Shown here: positions 36,650-47,140 of the stretch, piece after piece | Layout of the letters: every line of letters begins with the position of its first letter | Numbering within the stretch: the stretch's first letter is position 1 | DNA from: a bacterium | GTDB lineage: Archaea; Thermoplasmatota; Thermoplasmata; Lutacidiplasmatales; UBA184 | NCBI GenBank assembly: GCA_027309555.1 | Contig: DAIDCO010000007.1 | Coordinates: forward strand, 1 to 50,475 | DNA: 50,475 bases | Reading direction: 5' to 3' | The notes under the pieces: model-generated | What the model saw: only the letters and a program-made list of their open reading frames with translations | Database searches by the model: none | What the model was told of the DNA's origin: nothing | Translations under genes and position numbers: made by a program

Positions 36650-37643
36650 GCGCGTCACCTCCGTGCTGCACCGAGCGGAGGAACACGTCCTCGAGCGTGT
36701 TGACCCGCACGTTCAGCCACTCCAGCTGAACCCCGAGCGACTGGGACAACGCGACGATCGTCGCGAGCGCCCCTCTCGGGTCGTCCGTCAGGATCACGGC
36801 CGAACCGCCGGTGGCCCGGACGGATCCCCGGCTCCCGAGCCCCTCGGTCAGCGACGAGAAGAACCGGGCGGCGCTCCCGTCGCCCACCGTGACCTCGATG
36901 GTCTTCTTCCCTCCGTAGAGCCGCTTCAGGTTCTCGAGGTCATCGAGGACGAGGATGCGGCCCTCGTCGATCACGGCGACCCGGTCGCAGAGGTAGTCCG
37001 CCTCCTCGAGGTTGTGGGTCGTGAAGACCACGGTGAGACCCCGACGCACCTCCTGGCGGATCGCATCGAGTAGCGTGCGTCGCATGATCACGTCGAGGCC
37101 GACCGTCGGTTCGTCGAGGAAGAGGATCTCCATGTCGTGCATGAACTCCCGGGCCACCTGGACCCGTCGTTTCTGACCTCCCGAGAGGTCGAACGCCCGT
37201 CGCTTGCGGACCTCTCCGAGGTCGAACTGCGCGAGGAGCTGCTCGCGGCGTCGCTTCCGTTCCGCGGTGGGGATCCCCCACAGAACGCCGTAGACGTCGA
37301 GATTCCCCTGGACCGTCGTGAAATCGAAGGACTCGCTCTGCTGGACCACCCCGATCCGACTTCGGATCTTTCGCCCGTCACGGGCCGGGTCCAAGCCCAG
37401 GATCCGTAGGGTCCCCGAGGTGGGGCGGATCAACGTCGTCATCGCCTTGATGAGCGTAGACTTCCCCGCGCCGTTCCGCCCGAGGAGCCCGAAGACCTCG
37501 CCGCGCCGTACAGTGAAGCTCACCCCGTCGAGTGCGAACCGCCGGCGGTCGTAGGTGTGCCGAAGGGCCTCCGCGAAGACGACGGGTTCCGTCGCACCGG
37601 AGTTCGCGACGGTCGAACGGGGGGCGAACAATGCTCGATGCAC
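36636..37643 (-). CDS. ABC-2 type exporter ATP-binding protein (DrrA-like)
   Basis: GRNGAGKST, LSGGQKRR, FLDEPTVGLD, TTHNLEEAD and C-terminal TLEDVFL. Start uncertain. Confidence 0.93.
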   Translation of the reverse strand: MHRALFAPRSTVANSGATEPVVFAEALRHTYDRRRFALDGVSFTVRRGEVFGLLGRNGAGKSTLIKAMTTLIRPTSGTLRILGLDPARDGRKIRSRIGVVQQSESFDFTTVQGNLDVYGVLWGIPTAERKRRREQLLAQFDLGEVRKRRAFDLSGGQKRRVQVAREFMHDMEILFLDEPTVGLDVIMRRTLLDAIRQEVRRGLTVVFTTHNLEEADYLCDRVAVIDEGRILVLDDLENLKRLYGGKKTIEVTVGDGSAARFFSSLTEGLGSRGSVRATGGSAVILTDDPRGALATIVALSQSLGVQLEWLNVRVNTLEDVFLRSVQHGGDAHGTA

Positions 37644-37763
37644 TTCGGTGCCCGCCCATAAGGGATGCGCACCGGTAGCGCTCGCTTCGGGGGACCACCG
37701 GGGCGGTCGCATCGAGCCGGTCGGCGAAGGTACGGGGCAGGCGAGGGGGGCCCGGACGGGCTA

Positions 37764-40700
37764 TTATTGCATGGGCAGGCCGTAGGGGGTGAAGACGTAG
37801 AGCCCCCCGTCGCCGGCGCCCACGATCACCGCATTGTCGGATACCGCGGCGGTGCCGTAGAGCGTCGGGCCGGCCTCGGCCAACCAAACGTTGTCGCCGC
37901 TCACGCGGAATCCGTTCAGCGTGCCTTGAGAGGACTCGGTGAAGACGAGGTCGTCCGTGGCCGACACCCCGGTGACGGGGCCCGCGGTATGGTACGTCCA
38001 GAGGACCGAGCCGTTCGATGGCGCGATCGCGTAGAGGTCCCCATTCCCACTTCCGACGAACAGCACTCCTCCCTGGAGCGCGGAGGTGGCGCTCGGCGCT
38101 CCGTGGAGGGAAACGGCCCACTGGGTCGCCCCCGTACTCTCCGTAAGCGCATACTCCTCTCCGGCGGCCGAACCGACGTAGAGGAGTCCTCTCGATAGGA
38201 TCGGGGCACCGTCGACCGCCGCCGAGAGCTGGCGCGACCACGCCTCGCTACCGGGCGCGGTTCCCCCGGTGAAGAAAGCGGCGATGTGGCCCGAGGTATC
38301 ACCGATGACCACGACGCCTCGGCTCGAATCCACGACCGGGGAAGCGACCACCGCCGCTCCCATCGAAGCGGTCCAGAGCACGCCTCCCGAGCTACCGGCG
38401 AGGGCGTAGAGGCGTCCGTCGTCCGAACCGACGTAGACGGTTCCGTTCACCTCGGTCGGTGACGAGACCACGGCACCGCCGGTCGCCGTCTTCCACAGGA
38501 GCCCGCCCGTCGAGAGGTCGAAGGCGTAGACGTATCCGTCCGACGATCCCACCACGAGTCGTCCGCCCGCGAGGTCGAGATACGGAGAGGAGTTGACCGC
38601 GCCGGAGGTCGTGGCCTCCCACGCGAGACGTCCGGTGTCCGTGCTCACGGCCTCCACGAGACCGGTCGTGGTCCCGAAGTAGGCGACCTTGTTCGCGACC
38701 GCGGGAGAGGAGGCGATCGGAGCGCCGGAGTCGAGGACGAAACTGGGGACCATCCGGTAGATCTTATCAGGGACCTCCTCGCTGCTCAGCACCACGTCAT
38801 TGGGGAGGGCGCTCGTCCGCGCCGGGTTTTCCCCCAACTGGGTCCACGGGGAGGTCACGTACACCCCCGCCGTGGCCTCCAGTCCGGAGTGCTCGCCCAC
38901 CGCGGTCAAGGCGGTAAGCCCGTAGGGAAACCGCGGCGGTAGCTGTATCAGCGTCGTCGCGAACGCGCCGGACGAGCCGGTCGTGACATTGGCGAGCACG
39001 ACGCCCGGAAGGCTCAGCTGAACGGTCTCCTCCGCTCCGAAACCCTGTCCGCTCACATTGAGCCGCGCGGTCGGGGAGCCCCAGGTCACCGGGAGGGCCA
39101 GCCGAGGGCCGCTCGCGACCGGCAGGATCGTTGTGGCCGCGTTCGCGCCCTGTGGATCGACCACCCCGCTCTGGTCTTGGGCCCGGGCCAGCACCTGCCA
39201 GACCGCGCCTGCACGGCCGACCGGCACGCGAAGGTTCCACTGCCCCGCGGACGAAACGTACACGCGGTTCCAGGCAAGTCCCGGCTGCCACTTCGAGAGG
39301 GCGGAGTTCCACCAGGGTCCCGTGCCGCCGTCCGCTTGGACCGCGACGAGGGCGTGCGGAGAGGGTCCGGTCGTGACCGCCGTTCCGGCGAGGGGGACGA
39401 GGGCGGTCGTCGACGTCGCCGAGTTCGGATTCTTCAAGGTCGAGCCGTCCGTGGGTCGGGTGATGGTCGTCCGCGGGTACACGGGGGCGTTCACGCCACC
39501 GATCCCGAAGCTGTAGAGGAATCCGTCGCTCGAGGGGATCACGATTCGGCCCCCGGAGTCGGCCGGAGATGCCATGATGTATCCGTGGGTCGGGAAGGAG
39601 TAGAGCAGGCTCCCGTCCGAGAGGCGGAGGACGCGGACGCTTCCGTTCATGTCCCCGTACACTACCACTTGCTGCCCGGGCGGACCCGCGATCAAGGGTG
39701 AGGAGATGATCTCCGTGTCGGGACCGACGGTCTTCGCCGAGTCCCATATCTCGGTCCCGCGGACGGCGTCAACCGCCATCACTCCCGTGCCGGTCCCGAA
39801 GACGAGGGACGTCCCCGACAGTGCGGCGGCCGACCGCCCCCCATTGTACGCGGAGGGGGTGGTGGCGGCGGCGAAGTTGAACGTCCACTCGGTGGCGCCC
39901 GTCGTGAGATCGATGGCGTAGAGGATCCCGTCCAGGCCCGGATAGTACGCTCGTCCGTCGGCCAATCCGTTCGCTCCGGGGGGCGAGAGCGTGATGCCGG
40001 CGCCGACGTCGTCGGACTGCGGGTGCAGGTTGCGGTTCGACCATACCGTGGCCCCGGTCCGAGCATCCAGGGCATAGACGGTCGAATCCGGGTTCGCGCT
40101 TCCCGCCAGTACCAGAGGCTCCCCCGTCGCATCGACCGCGAACGAAGTGGGGTTCCAGCTGCCGGACTCTTGCGCGTAGGGGATGACCGACCACTCGACC
40201 TTGCAGGTGGACTCGTTGATGGCCATGATCGGGCCCGACTCGATGCCGTTATCCTGCACTCCGAGGAAGACCGCCGCTCGGCCGCCGGGGGGCGTCGCGA
40301 CCGTGGGACTCGAGAGGTCGGTGCCCGTACCCAGGGAAAGTTGGCACAGCACGACTCCGGTCAACGCGTCGACTTTGTAGAGGCGACCGGAAACGTACGT
40401 ACCCACCCACAGATCGTGCTGGTAGACGGTCGGGCTCCCCAGAATCGGCACCCCGAGGCTGTCCGACCAGACGATCGCGCCGTTCTGCGCGTTGAGCGCC
40501 TCGAGGTATCCGCTCGTCGTTCCCTCGTAGACGAGCGTTGCCTTGAGCGTAGCGTCGTATCCCGTGACCGGGGAACTTACGGCCGGAGACCCCATCGGCG
40601 CCATCCAGCGAAGGCCAAGGCGAGTCGCGTTGGTCGCGGAGATCGCGAGATCGCCCGTGACTCCCGAGAGGGTCGGATCGCCGTGGAACGTCCTCCAGCT

Positions 40701-40952
40701 CACCGAGGACGAAGTCAGCGCCGGGCTCAGCGGCGCCGCGGTCGGTCCCGCGGCGGGGACTGCCCCACCGGGCACCGGTACCCCGGGCAGCGCCAGAATC
40801 AGAGCCAGGACGACGGCAGCGGAAAGGGCGAACCATGAGCGACGGGTCGAAAACAGGTCCGAAGTCCGCGGAAAGCGGCCGAAACATCGCGTCCAAGATC
40901 GGACGCGGGGCGCGCCTCGAGGAGTCTGCGGTCCGGCCGACGAGGGACTCAC
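37764..40952 (-). CDS. Secreted protein with two PQQ-like (BamB-type) beta-propellers separated by Ig-like domains
   Basis: Repeated SSP...G.VYVGS.DG.LYA...G...W blades in two blocks, each preceded by a W-x-x-x-x-x-(D/N)P motif; signal-like helix. Start uncertain; TTTTATT box near 40972-40978. Confidence 0.88.
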   Translation of the reverse strand: MSPSSAGPQTPRGAPRVRSWTRCFGRFPRTSDLFSTRRSWFALSAAVVLALILALPGVPVPGGAVPAAGPTAAPLSPALTSSSVSWRTFHGDPTLSGVTGDLAISATNATRLGLRWMAPMGSPAVSSPVTGYDATLKATLVYEGTTSGYLEALNAQNGAIVWSDSLGVPILGSPTVYQHDLWVGTYVSGRLYKVDALTGVVLCQLSLGTGTDLSSPTVATPPGGRAAVFLGVQDNGIESGPIMAINESTCKVEWSVIPYAQESGSWNPTSFAVDATGEPLVLAGSANPDSTVYALDARTGATVWSNRNLHPQSDDVGAGITLSPPGANGLADGRAYYPGLDGILYAIDLTTGATEWTFNFAAATTPSAYNGGRSAAALSGTSLVFGTGTGVMAVDAVRGTEIWDSAKTVGPDTEIISSPLIAGPPGQQVVVYGDMNGSVRVLRLSDGSLLYSFPTHGYIMASPADSGGRIVIPSSDGFLYSFGIGGVNAPVYPRTTITRPTDGSTLKNPNSATSTTALVPLAGTAVTTGPSPHALVAVQADGGTGPWWNSALSKWQPGLAWNRVYVSSAGQWNLRVPVGRAGAVWQVLARAQDQSGVVDPQGANAATTILPVASGPRLALPVTWGSPTARLNVSGQGFGAEETVQLSLPGVVLANVTTGSSGAFATTLIQLPPRFPYGLTALTAVGEHSGLEATAGVYVTSPWTQLGENPARTSALPNDVVLSSEEVPDKIYRMVPSFVLDSGAPIASSPAVANKVAYFGTTTGLVEAVSTDTGRLAWEATTSGAVNSSPYLDLAGGRLVVGSSDGYVYAFDLSTGGLLWKTATGGAVVSSPTEVNGTVYVGSDDGRLYALAGSSGGVLWTASMGAAVVASPVVDSSRGVVVIGDTSGHIAAFFTGGTAPGSEAWSRQLSAAVDGAPILSRGLLYVGSAAGEEYALTESTGATQWAVSLHGAPSATSALQGGVLFVGSGNGDLYAIAPSNGSVLWTYHTAGPVTGVSATDDLVFTESSQGTLNGFRVSGDNVWLAEAGPTLYGTAAVSDNAVIVGAGDGGLYVFTPYGLPMQ

Positions 40953-40996
40953 GCCACCGGATGGGACCGTCAATAAAAGCCCGTAGGGTGCCCCGG

Positions 40997-41713
40997 TTAC
41001 GTCCCCGGCCCGCCGGTCGCTCGCCGGCCGGTTGGCAACGGCCGCCGCGGGGGCCGTCCAACCCGCGGGGTGACCCCCCGTGCGGCCGGGTGGCCGCCGG
41101 CCACCGCGGTCGGGTTCTTCTGGCGGCGCTCGACACGGTATGGGGGGCTCCCCCCGACGACCGTCCGACCGAGCGTGACGCTCCCGAGATTGAACCCACC
41201 GAAGAGGGAGCTCAGCGAAGCGCTGGTCCAGAGCCCTCCGGCACTGCCCGACTTCTGGACGGTGACGGAAGCTTGGGCCTGCGCCTGGTGGTCCGCCCGG
41301 TCGGTCACCGTCAGGGTCACGACCTCGAAGCAGGAAAGGCCGCAACTGGTGTTGTAGACGTGCAGTGGGGGGCTTGCCCCGAGGTACGTCGAGCCGTCTC
41401 CGAGGCCCCAGACCCAACTCGTGATCTTCGAGGAATCATCGACGGAGGTTTCGAGGGGCGTCAGCGTGTAATCCTGCGAGGTTTAGGTGAACGAGGCGAG
41501 CGAACCCGAGCTGCCGCTCGAGCTCCCATTCCCGTAGTGCGACTGCTGCGACAGCACGAACGAGGAGAGGTCGCGAAGGATGTCGTGGGCCGTGACACAG
41601 GTAACGCCCAGCAGGCATACTCCCACGACGATCAACGCGACTCCGAACCAGAGCCCGACCGTCTCGGAAGCCACGGCTTCCCCCTGTTCCGGGGGCGTGC
41701 GCCGGTGGGCCAT
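40997..41713 (-). pseudogene. PKD-domain membrane protein interrupted by an in-frame stop
   Basis: Reading through TAA at 41483-41485 gives ASFT*TSQDYTLT...ITSWVWGLGDGST...LHVY...VTLTVTD, a canonical PKD pattern in one frame that joins ORFs 41483-41713 and 40997-41320. Confidence 0.75.
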
Positions 41714-41740
41714 GGCCGGCCGTCTGTAAGAACCCGCGGG

Positions 41741-43663
41741 TCAGCCCGGAGGGATGGCGAAGCGATAGACCGCGTTGTTGTAGAGGAAATCGCTGGCGAA
41801 GAGGTAGCCCGACTGGGCGTCCTCCGCAACGAAGTAGGGAGTCCGATCCGAGAACAGCGTGACCAGGTTGGCGAGCGAGCTGGTCGCGAACGCATAGATC
41901 GCGTTGCTCGCCGGGTCGGCGACGTACAGGGTCCCCGCGAGGACGGTCAGGCTCGTGGGGTTCCCGCCAACCCCCAACGATCCGGCCGATTGGCCGGTCG
42001 TCAGGTTGACCACGCTCACGTTACCCGACCCGAAATTCGCTACGAAGAGGTCCCCGTCGGCGATGGCCAGTTGGTCGGGCCCCGCACCGACGGGATAGGT
42101 GCCGAGCACGGTGTGGCTGGAGACCCGGACAATGGACACGTCGCTCGAGTAGGAGTTCGCAACGTACGCGGTTCCGCCGCTCGCGACGACACCCTGCGGT
42201 CCGTGACCGACCGCGACCGTGGCGACTACCAGATTGCTTCGGTCGTCGATAACGCTCAGTGTGTTGGAGGCGAAATTGGCCACGAGGAGCGCATGATCCG
42301 CCGGATCGTAGGTGATCCCCTCCGGCTGGCTTCCCACGGTGACGGTCGCGACAACGTGGAACGTGGTGGAGTTGATCGCGGTGACCTGAGCAGCCAGCGA
42401 ATCGCTGAGGTAGACGGTATGCGTGCTGGAATCGTACGCGAGCTCGTACGGCCCGGAACCGACGCCGATCGTGTGGATCACTTTGTTCGTGGCCTCTGAG
42501 ACCACGGCTACTTGGCCCGCTCCATATCGGGCGATGAGCTCCGAACCGGTGGGCGTAGTGACGATACCCGAAGGATCCCCCGTGAAGAGCTTCTGAACGG
42601 ATGCGAGCCCGATGCCGTTGATGTCGTAAATGGCGTTGTTGCCATAGTCCGGAACGTACATGGCCCCGTTATACCCATCGTAGAACGGAACCTGGGGATT
42701 GCTGATGTAGTTGATCGTACTGACGAGGGTCGAACCCCGGTAGACCTCCGCCCCCGCGCCGTACTCCCCCGTCGTAACGATTACCCCGGTGACCGGGTAG
42801 TATCCCACGAAGAAATTGTCGCAGCCGTTAGAGATGAAGAACCGGTGAACGAGCGAGAGTCCGGAAACCTCGCTCAGAGCCCCGCAACTGTTGCCGCCAT
42901 AACCAGAAAAATCATCGGTGTAGATGAGGGAGTTGGACGAGTCGTACGCGATCCCCACCGGATCGTTCCCCACTGTGACAGTCCCCGCGATCGTCGCATC
43001 GGTGGCGTGCAGGGCGACGACCCGATTACAGTTCGCCAGAGTCACGTAGACGAGCGCGTCACTCGGGTCATACGCCATCTCTTGTGGGCTGCAGCCATTG
43101 CCCAGGGCGACTCGTCCCAAAATCGCATACGTGGAGGGTGAGAGAACCGTCAGGTTCGAATCTCCGGTGGTAGCATAGATGCGATTCGACACGGGGTCGT
43201 AGAGCACCCAATCCGGGTTCGGGCCCACCGAAATGGACGCTTTCACCTTCAACCCGTGCACCACCGTGAGATTGCTCCCTCCGGAGTTCGCGACGTAGAC
43301 GTCGTGCGTGATCGGGTCGATCGCGATCCCCAAGGGGGCCACGCCGACCGCAACACTCGCGAGGACTTGCCCGGCGTTGGAGTATATCGCCACCGAGTTG
43401 CTGCCCCATTCTGAGACAAAGATATGGCCAGAGCTCGGGTCCACAACCCCATCATAGGGGTTCAGCGGCTGAATGATCGTGCCCGACTGGGTCAGGGGAG
43501 AGTACGATGGAGACGACGAGTGCGGGCCGCTCGATCCTGAGACGGAGGAGAGGAGAGTGGCGGGATTCCCACCCATGATCGCCAGCAGGAGGACGGCGAC
43601 CCCCATCGCCAGCAGCCCAGAATGTCGTCGAGAGGTAGCCCTCAGTGGGCCCTTCGCGCTCAT
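41741..43663 (-). CDS. Secreted YncE/YVTN beta-propeller repeat protein (two propellers)
   Basis: Many VG..P.GIAYDP....YVAN..S..V units and a signal peptide. ATG at 43663. Confidence 0.9.
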   Translation of the reverse strand: MSAKGPLRATSRRHSGLLAMGVAVLLLAIMGGNPATLLSSVSGSSGPHSSSPSYSPLTQSGTIIQPLNPYDGVVDPSSGHIFVSEWGSNSVAIYSNAGQVLASVAVGVAPLGIAIDPITHDVYVANSGGSNLTVVHGLKVKASISVGPNPDWVLYDPVSNRIYATTGDSNLTVLSPSTYAILGRVALGNGCSPQEMAYDPSDALVYVTLANCNRVVALHATDATIAGTVTVGNDPVGIAYDSSNSLIYTDDFSGYGGNSCGALSEVSGLSLVHRFFISNGCDNFFVGYYPVTGVIVTTGEYGAGAEVYRGSTLVSTINYISNPQVPFYDGYNGAMYVPDYGNNAIYDINGIGLASVQKLFTGDPSGIVTTPTGSELIARYGAGQVAVVSEATNKVIHTIGVGSGPYELAYDSSTHTVYLSDSLAAQVTAINSTTFHVVATVTVGSQPEGITYDPADHALLVANFASNTLSVIDDRSNLVVATVAVGHGPQGVVASGGTAYVANSYSSDVSIVRVSSHTVLGTYPVGAGPDQLAIADGDLFVANFGSGNVSVVNLTTGQSAGSLGVGGNPTSLTVLAGTLYVADPASNAIYAFATSSLANLVTLFSDRTPYFVAEDAQSGYLFASDFLYNNAVYRFAIPPG

Positions 43664-43852
43664 CGACCCGGTTCGCCGGTTGCCCGAATTTAGTGGTAGG
43701 AGAAGAACCTTCGCATCTCTCTTTCGACGTAACACGGAGGCAGATACCGGCGGGTACGCGTATTCCATCGAAACGGCGTTGGAGGTCCTCCACTCGCCCC
43801 GAACGCGATCTCCTCCGGGGCGAGCCGGGAGGCGTCTTTAGCCTCCCGAAGC

Positions 43853-44842
43853 GTGGCGGGCCCCGCCGTGCTCCGAGGAGCCACCACCGTCAGCGCCCTA
43901 AGGTGGGCGATCGTCGCCGTAGCGGCCGTCGCTCCGGTGCTGCTCTGGCTGAGCTTCATCAGTGCGCCGGTGTTTCCGTACGCCGACCTCGCGGTGGCGC
44001 TCTCGCCCCTGGTGCCCGCAGGGCTGGTGGTGCGCTGGAAGCTCGATCGACGGACGGCCTTTCGGCTGTTGTTCGGGGTCGCCGCAGCGTTCGCGCTGCT
44101 GGCGGTCGTCACGGGCTTTGGCAATGGATTGACAGACGAACGATGGTCCCTACCGGCGGATGGGTCGCTGTTGTGGCACGGTCTGAATCCGTACTCGACT
44201 CTTCACTACGTCTACAGTCCGCAAACCGGGAAGCTCCAGAATGTGGAGTACATGTGGGAGTTTCCCCTGACCGCGGTCTTCGCGTGGCCCTTCGCCGATT
44301 ACGCCGTGCCGATGCTGCTCTGTTGGATCGGGATGTGTTGGGTCTTGCGCAGTCGCTTCGCCGGACTCTTCGTCGCCACTCCGTTCGTCGCGCTGCTCGC
44401 GGTCAACGGATTCGGCGATCTGGCGCCCCTCTTGCTTCTGAGCCTCGCGTACTCGTACTCGGCAAAGGGATGGTGGGCGGAGTATCTGGCCGCCGGCTTC
44501 AAACAGTTTGCCTCCGCCGTGGCCGTGGTGCGTCGACTGCTCAAACGGGACTGGCGGGGTGCTGCCGCGCTGACGGGATTCCTCATCGCCCTGTGCCTCC
44601 CGTTCTTTCTTTGGGACCCGAGCGCATTCACGTGCGAGGCCCTCACGTTCCAGATCCCGCCAGGGTGCCCCACGCAGCCGTTCCAACCGCATGGTTACGC
44701 TGCCTGGTGGGGACTGTTCGACATCAACTATGCCTTGTGGGTCGGATGGGTCGTGGCCATGTGGCCTCGGGGGCTCCTCGACGTCACGAGGGAGTGCGCC
44801 GCTCGAATGCGGAGACGGCACCTACACCGTTCCTTACGATGA
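43853..44842 (+). CDS. GT-C fold membrane glycosyltransferase-like protein (GT87/DUF2029-like)
   Basis: Polytopic; TDE acidic motif followed by LLWHGLNPY, plus FKQF and LPFFLWDP. Confidence 0.7.
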   Translation: MAGPAVLRGATTVSALRWAIVAVAAVAPVLLWLSFISAPVFPYADLAVALSPLVPAGLVVRWKLDRRTAFRLLFGVAAAFALLAVVTGFGNGLTDERWSLPADGSLLWHGLNPYSTLHYVYSPQTGKLQNVEYMWEFPLTAVFAWPFADYAVPMLLCWIGMCWVLRSRFAGLFVATPFVALLAVNGFGDLAPLLLLSLAYSYSAKGWWAEYLAAGFKQFASAVAVVRRLLKRDWRGAAALTGFLIALCLPFFLWDPSAFTCEALTFQIPPGCPTQPFQPHGYAAWWGLFDINYALWVGWVVAMWPRGLLDVTRECAARMRRRHLHRSLR

Positions 44843-45038
44843 CGACAGGGCCACCCCGCGGCTAGACACTGCAGCCCTGGTGGACGAGGGACTCGAGTAT
44901 CGCGGAGAGAAGGGTCGAAGCCCGGACCCCCACTCGTCGCCGATACCGGCAGGCAGCGGATAGGCACCAAAATCGCCGGGTGAGAGGGAAACCCGCGCAG
45001 AAAGGAATGATTAATCTCGGGATCCCCTGCCGAGACTC

Positions 45039-45359
45039 ATGCCCCAGTACGCCATCATCGGACGGCACGAAGCGAACGGGTGCCCGATGACCAGCAAAGG
45101 TGCGAGAGAGGCGGCGATGAAGGCCTACGCCGGCCTCGAGAAGATGCTTTCGACGCACAAGGCGAAGCTCGTTCTCGATCTTCATCTGGACCCGAATCAC
45201 AAGGCCTTCATGCTATTCGAGGCTCCGAGCGCCGAAGCGGTTCGCGACGTGGTCATGATGTCCGGGTTGGGCTCTTTCCTCGACTGTGACTTTCACCTCG
45301 TCACGTCGATCCCGGATACGCTGAAGCTCTTGGGCAACTTCCCCATCCTCTACCCCTAG
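45039..45359 (+). CDS. Small ferredoxin-like-fold protein (DUF3303/GYD-like)
   Basis: H-x-x-x-x-CP near the N-terminus and H...MLFEAPSAEAVRD pattern. ATTAAT box about 25 nt upstream. Confidence 0.75.
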   Translation: MPQYAIIGRHEANGCPMTSKGAREAAMKAYAGLEKMLSTHKAKLVLDLHLDPNHKAFMLFEAPSAEAVRDVVMMSGLGSFLDCDFHLVTSIPDTLKLLGNFPILYP

Positions 45360-45831
45360 CCGAGCCGCCCCAGGGGCGGGAGGACCTCCCGGTCCCACGG
45401 TCTCGTAGGGCGTGCCGTTTAGCGGGCCCCGCGGGCAGCGCGGCGGAGGCGGGCTCCGATGGCGCCCCGGACTCGGTGGCATTCCAAGAGAGGGCGGACC
45501 GAGCCACGGTGACCGCGTGCCGAACTGAGCGACGGCATGGACCGGTGGACGCGGGCCGCCGGAGGAGTAGTGGCCCCGCTTCCGTCTGGCGAATACCGTA
45601 CTCGATCTTCCGCGACATGAGCGGGATCTCACGATAGCGAGATGCCACAGACGCAATGGTCAGCGCACGTGGTCGTCGCGAGTTCAGGACTTGACTCGGG
45701 GCGGGGAGTCCAGCTGGCTCACGACAGCAGAACCGTTTCACGACACCGAAGCGGATGGCCGTGCTTCCCCGGGCCGATCACCGGCTGCCTGAATTCGGCA
45801 CGTTAATAGTCTAGGCGCGCCATGCTGAAGC

Positions 45832-46248
45832 ATGGCATGGCCGTCCCGCTCGGCCTCGCTAGCGGGGAATGTCCTCGACGCTGCGGTTGAGTACAAGCAC
45901 GGGGCCGCCGTCCATGACCTCGAGAAGATTCAGCAGAGCGCCGAGAAGATGTGGCTAGCGGTCTCCCACGCGGCGGACCAGTACATCACGGGCCAAGGCC
46001 AGCTCGTCTCGGGCTACATCGCTCAGCGATTAGACCGCCTACGATTTCTCGGTGAACGGAACTTGGCCGGGCGGCTCGCGTCCGCGGGGGCGAACCTGCA
46101 CGAACTGTGTTTTCTCAATGGGGAGTGCGAGGGGATTGATCTCGACTTGGAGGAAGCATGTGAGCTCGTGCAGGATCTTACTGGCGAGCGAGGTTATTGC
46201 GATTCTCTTCGGCGAATACTCAAGGGCGAGTCGACGACCACCGATTGA
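45832..46248 (+). CDS. PaREP1-like (HEPN-fold) protein
   Basis: QSAEKMWLAV and NLHELCFLNG match the PaREP1 Q-x-x-EK-x-W-x-A and LH-x-x-x-F motifs. TTAATA box at 45802-45807. Confidence 0.72.
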   Translation: MAWPSRSASLAGNVLDAAVEYKHGAAVHDLEKIQQSAEKMWLAVSHAADQYITGQGQLVSGYIAQRLDRLRFLGERNLAGRLASAGANLHELCFLNGECEGIDLDLEEACELVQDLTGERGYCDSLRRILKGESTTTD

Positions 46249-46770
46249 AATCGGTGGCTTGTAACCGAGATCGGAAACGAGTACCAGAGGGGTTCGGTCG
46301 ACCGGAATGTCGCTCCGCGGGCTGAGACACTTGCCTGCGGACCCAGAAAGGGCTCAGGAGACTATACTAGAGGTTGCGAACGTCAGAGCCACGCCATCGT
46401 GAAGATCGTGAACGCCCACGACCCGGAAAATACGGTACTTCGGGGGCGCGATCGAGCTCCCGAAACGCCTCGAGCCGAATGCGGTCTTTCGGGATCGACC
46501 GGGAATCGGACTCGGCCAACCAGGATCTGGCTACGCGCTCGGGTATCGTTTCCTCTCAGGTAACGGGGGCGCCGTCGAAGGGTCCTACCGGGTACTTTGG
46601 GGGACCTCGAAGTGCGCTGTCGTATTCCCCGTCCTCGCTCGGGACCGAAAGGTCGGCCGCGAGCTCTCACGAGAAGGAAACCCTCGACGACCGGGGCACA
46701 CCCCGGACCTTGACGGTCGGCCGACGCGGAACGAACGCGGCCTTGGAGACTCTCTCGTTCCGGCCGTGAG

Positions 46771-46790
46771 ATTATTGTAATATTAGCACA
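46771..46790 (+). promoter_or_regulatory. AT-rich promoter with palindrome TAATATTA, candidate ArsR operator
   Basis: ATTATTGTAATATTAGCACA lies immediately upstream of the arsR-family start and contains a perfect 8-bp palindrome at 46778-46785. Confidence 0.5.
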
Positions 46791-46801
46791 TCACCACGTC
46801 G

Positions 46802-47140
46802 GTGGATACCTCGGAAGAGGCGTATCGGTTGCACGCCGAGCTCTGTCGAACCGTCGGTCATCCGACTCGCCTGCGCATCCTCGACGCCCTGCGGAATCGC
46901 GAATGGACGGTGGGCGAATTGGCCCGCGAACTGGGAGTAGAGCAGTCGAACCTCTCCCAGCATCTCAGCGTAATGCGGAGAGTCGGAGTTGTCGTCCGTC
47001 GCCCGCACAGCGAGGGTGCCTCGTACGCGCTCCACGACCCCGCGATTCTCGAGCCGTTCGACGCCATGCGTCGCTTGTTGATCCGCACGCTCGCGGAACG
47101 GCAACGCTCGGTGCTCTCGGTCGTACGAGGCGGTCGATGA
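46802..47140 (+). CDS. ArsR/SmtB family transcriptional regulator
   Basis: HPTRLRILDAL, TVGELA and SNLSQHLSVMRRVGVV. Confidence 0.93.
   Translation: MDTSEEAYRLHAELCRTVGHPTRLRILDALRNREWTVGELARELGVEQSNLSQHLSVMRRVGVVVRRPHSEGASYALHDPAILEPFDAMRRLLIRTLAERQRSVLSVVRGGR

Noticed and set aside
41483-41485. Programmed stop-codon readthrough or recoding
   Set aside because: TAA is not the Sec or Pyl codon, other genes here terminate at TAA, and the downstream part also looks degraded.
45301-45741. Minus-strand ORF containing YREIPLMSRKIEYGIRQ
   Set aside because: Only a short stretch is protein-like, the rest is low-complexity and it overlaps the 45039-45359 gene. At most it is a remnant that I cannot assign.
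46374-46769. Possible small genes or pseudogene between the PaREP1-like gene and arsR
   Set aside because: No frame gives a recognisable motif with a credible start, and the most protein-like minus frame is interrupted by a stop.
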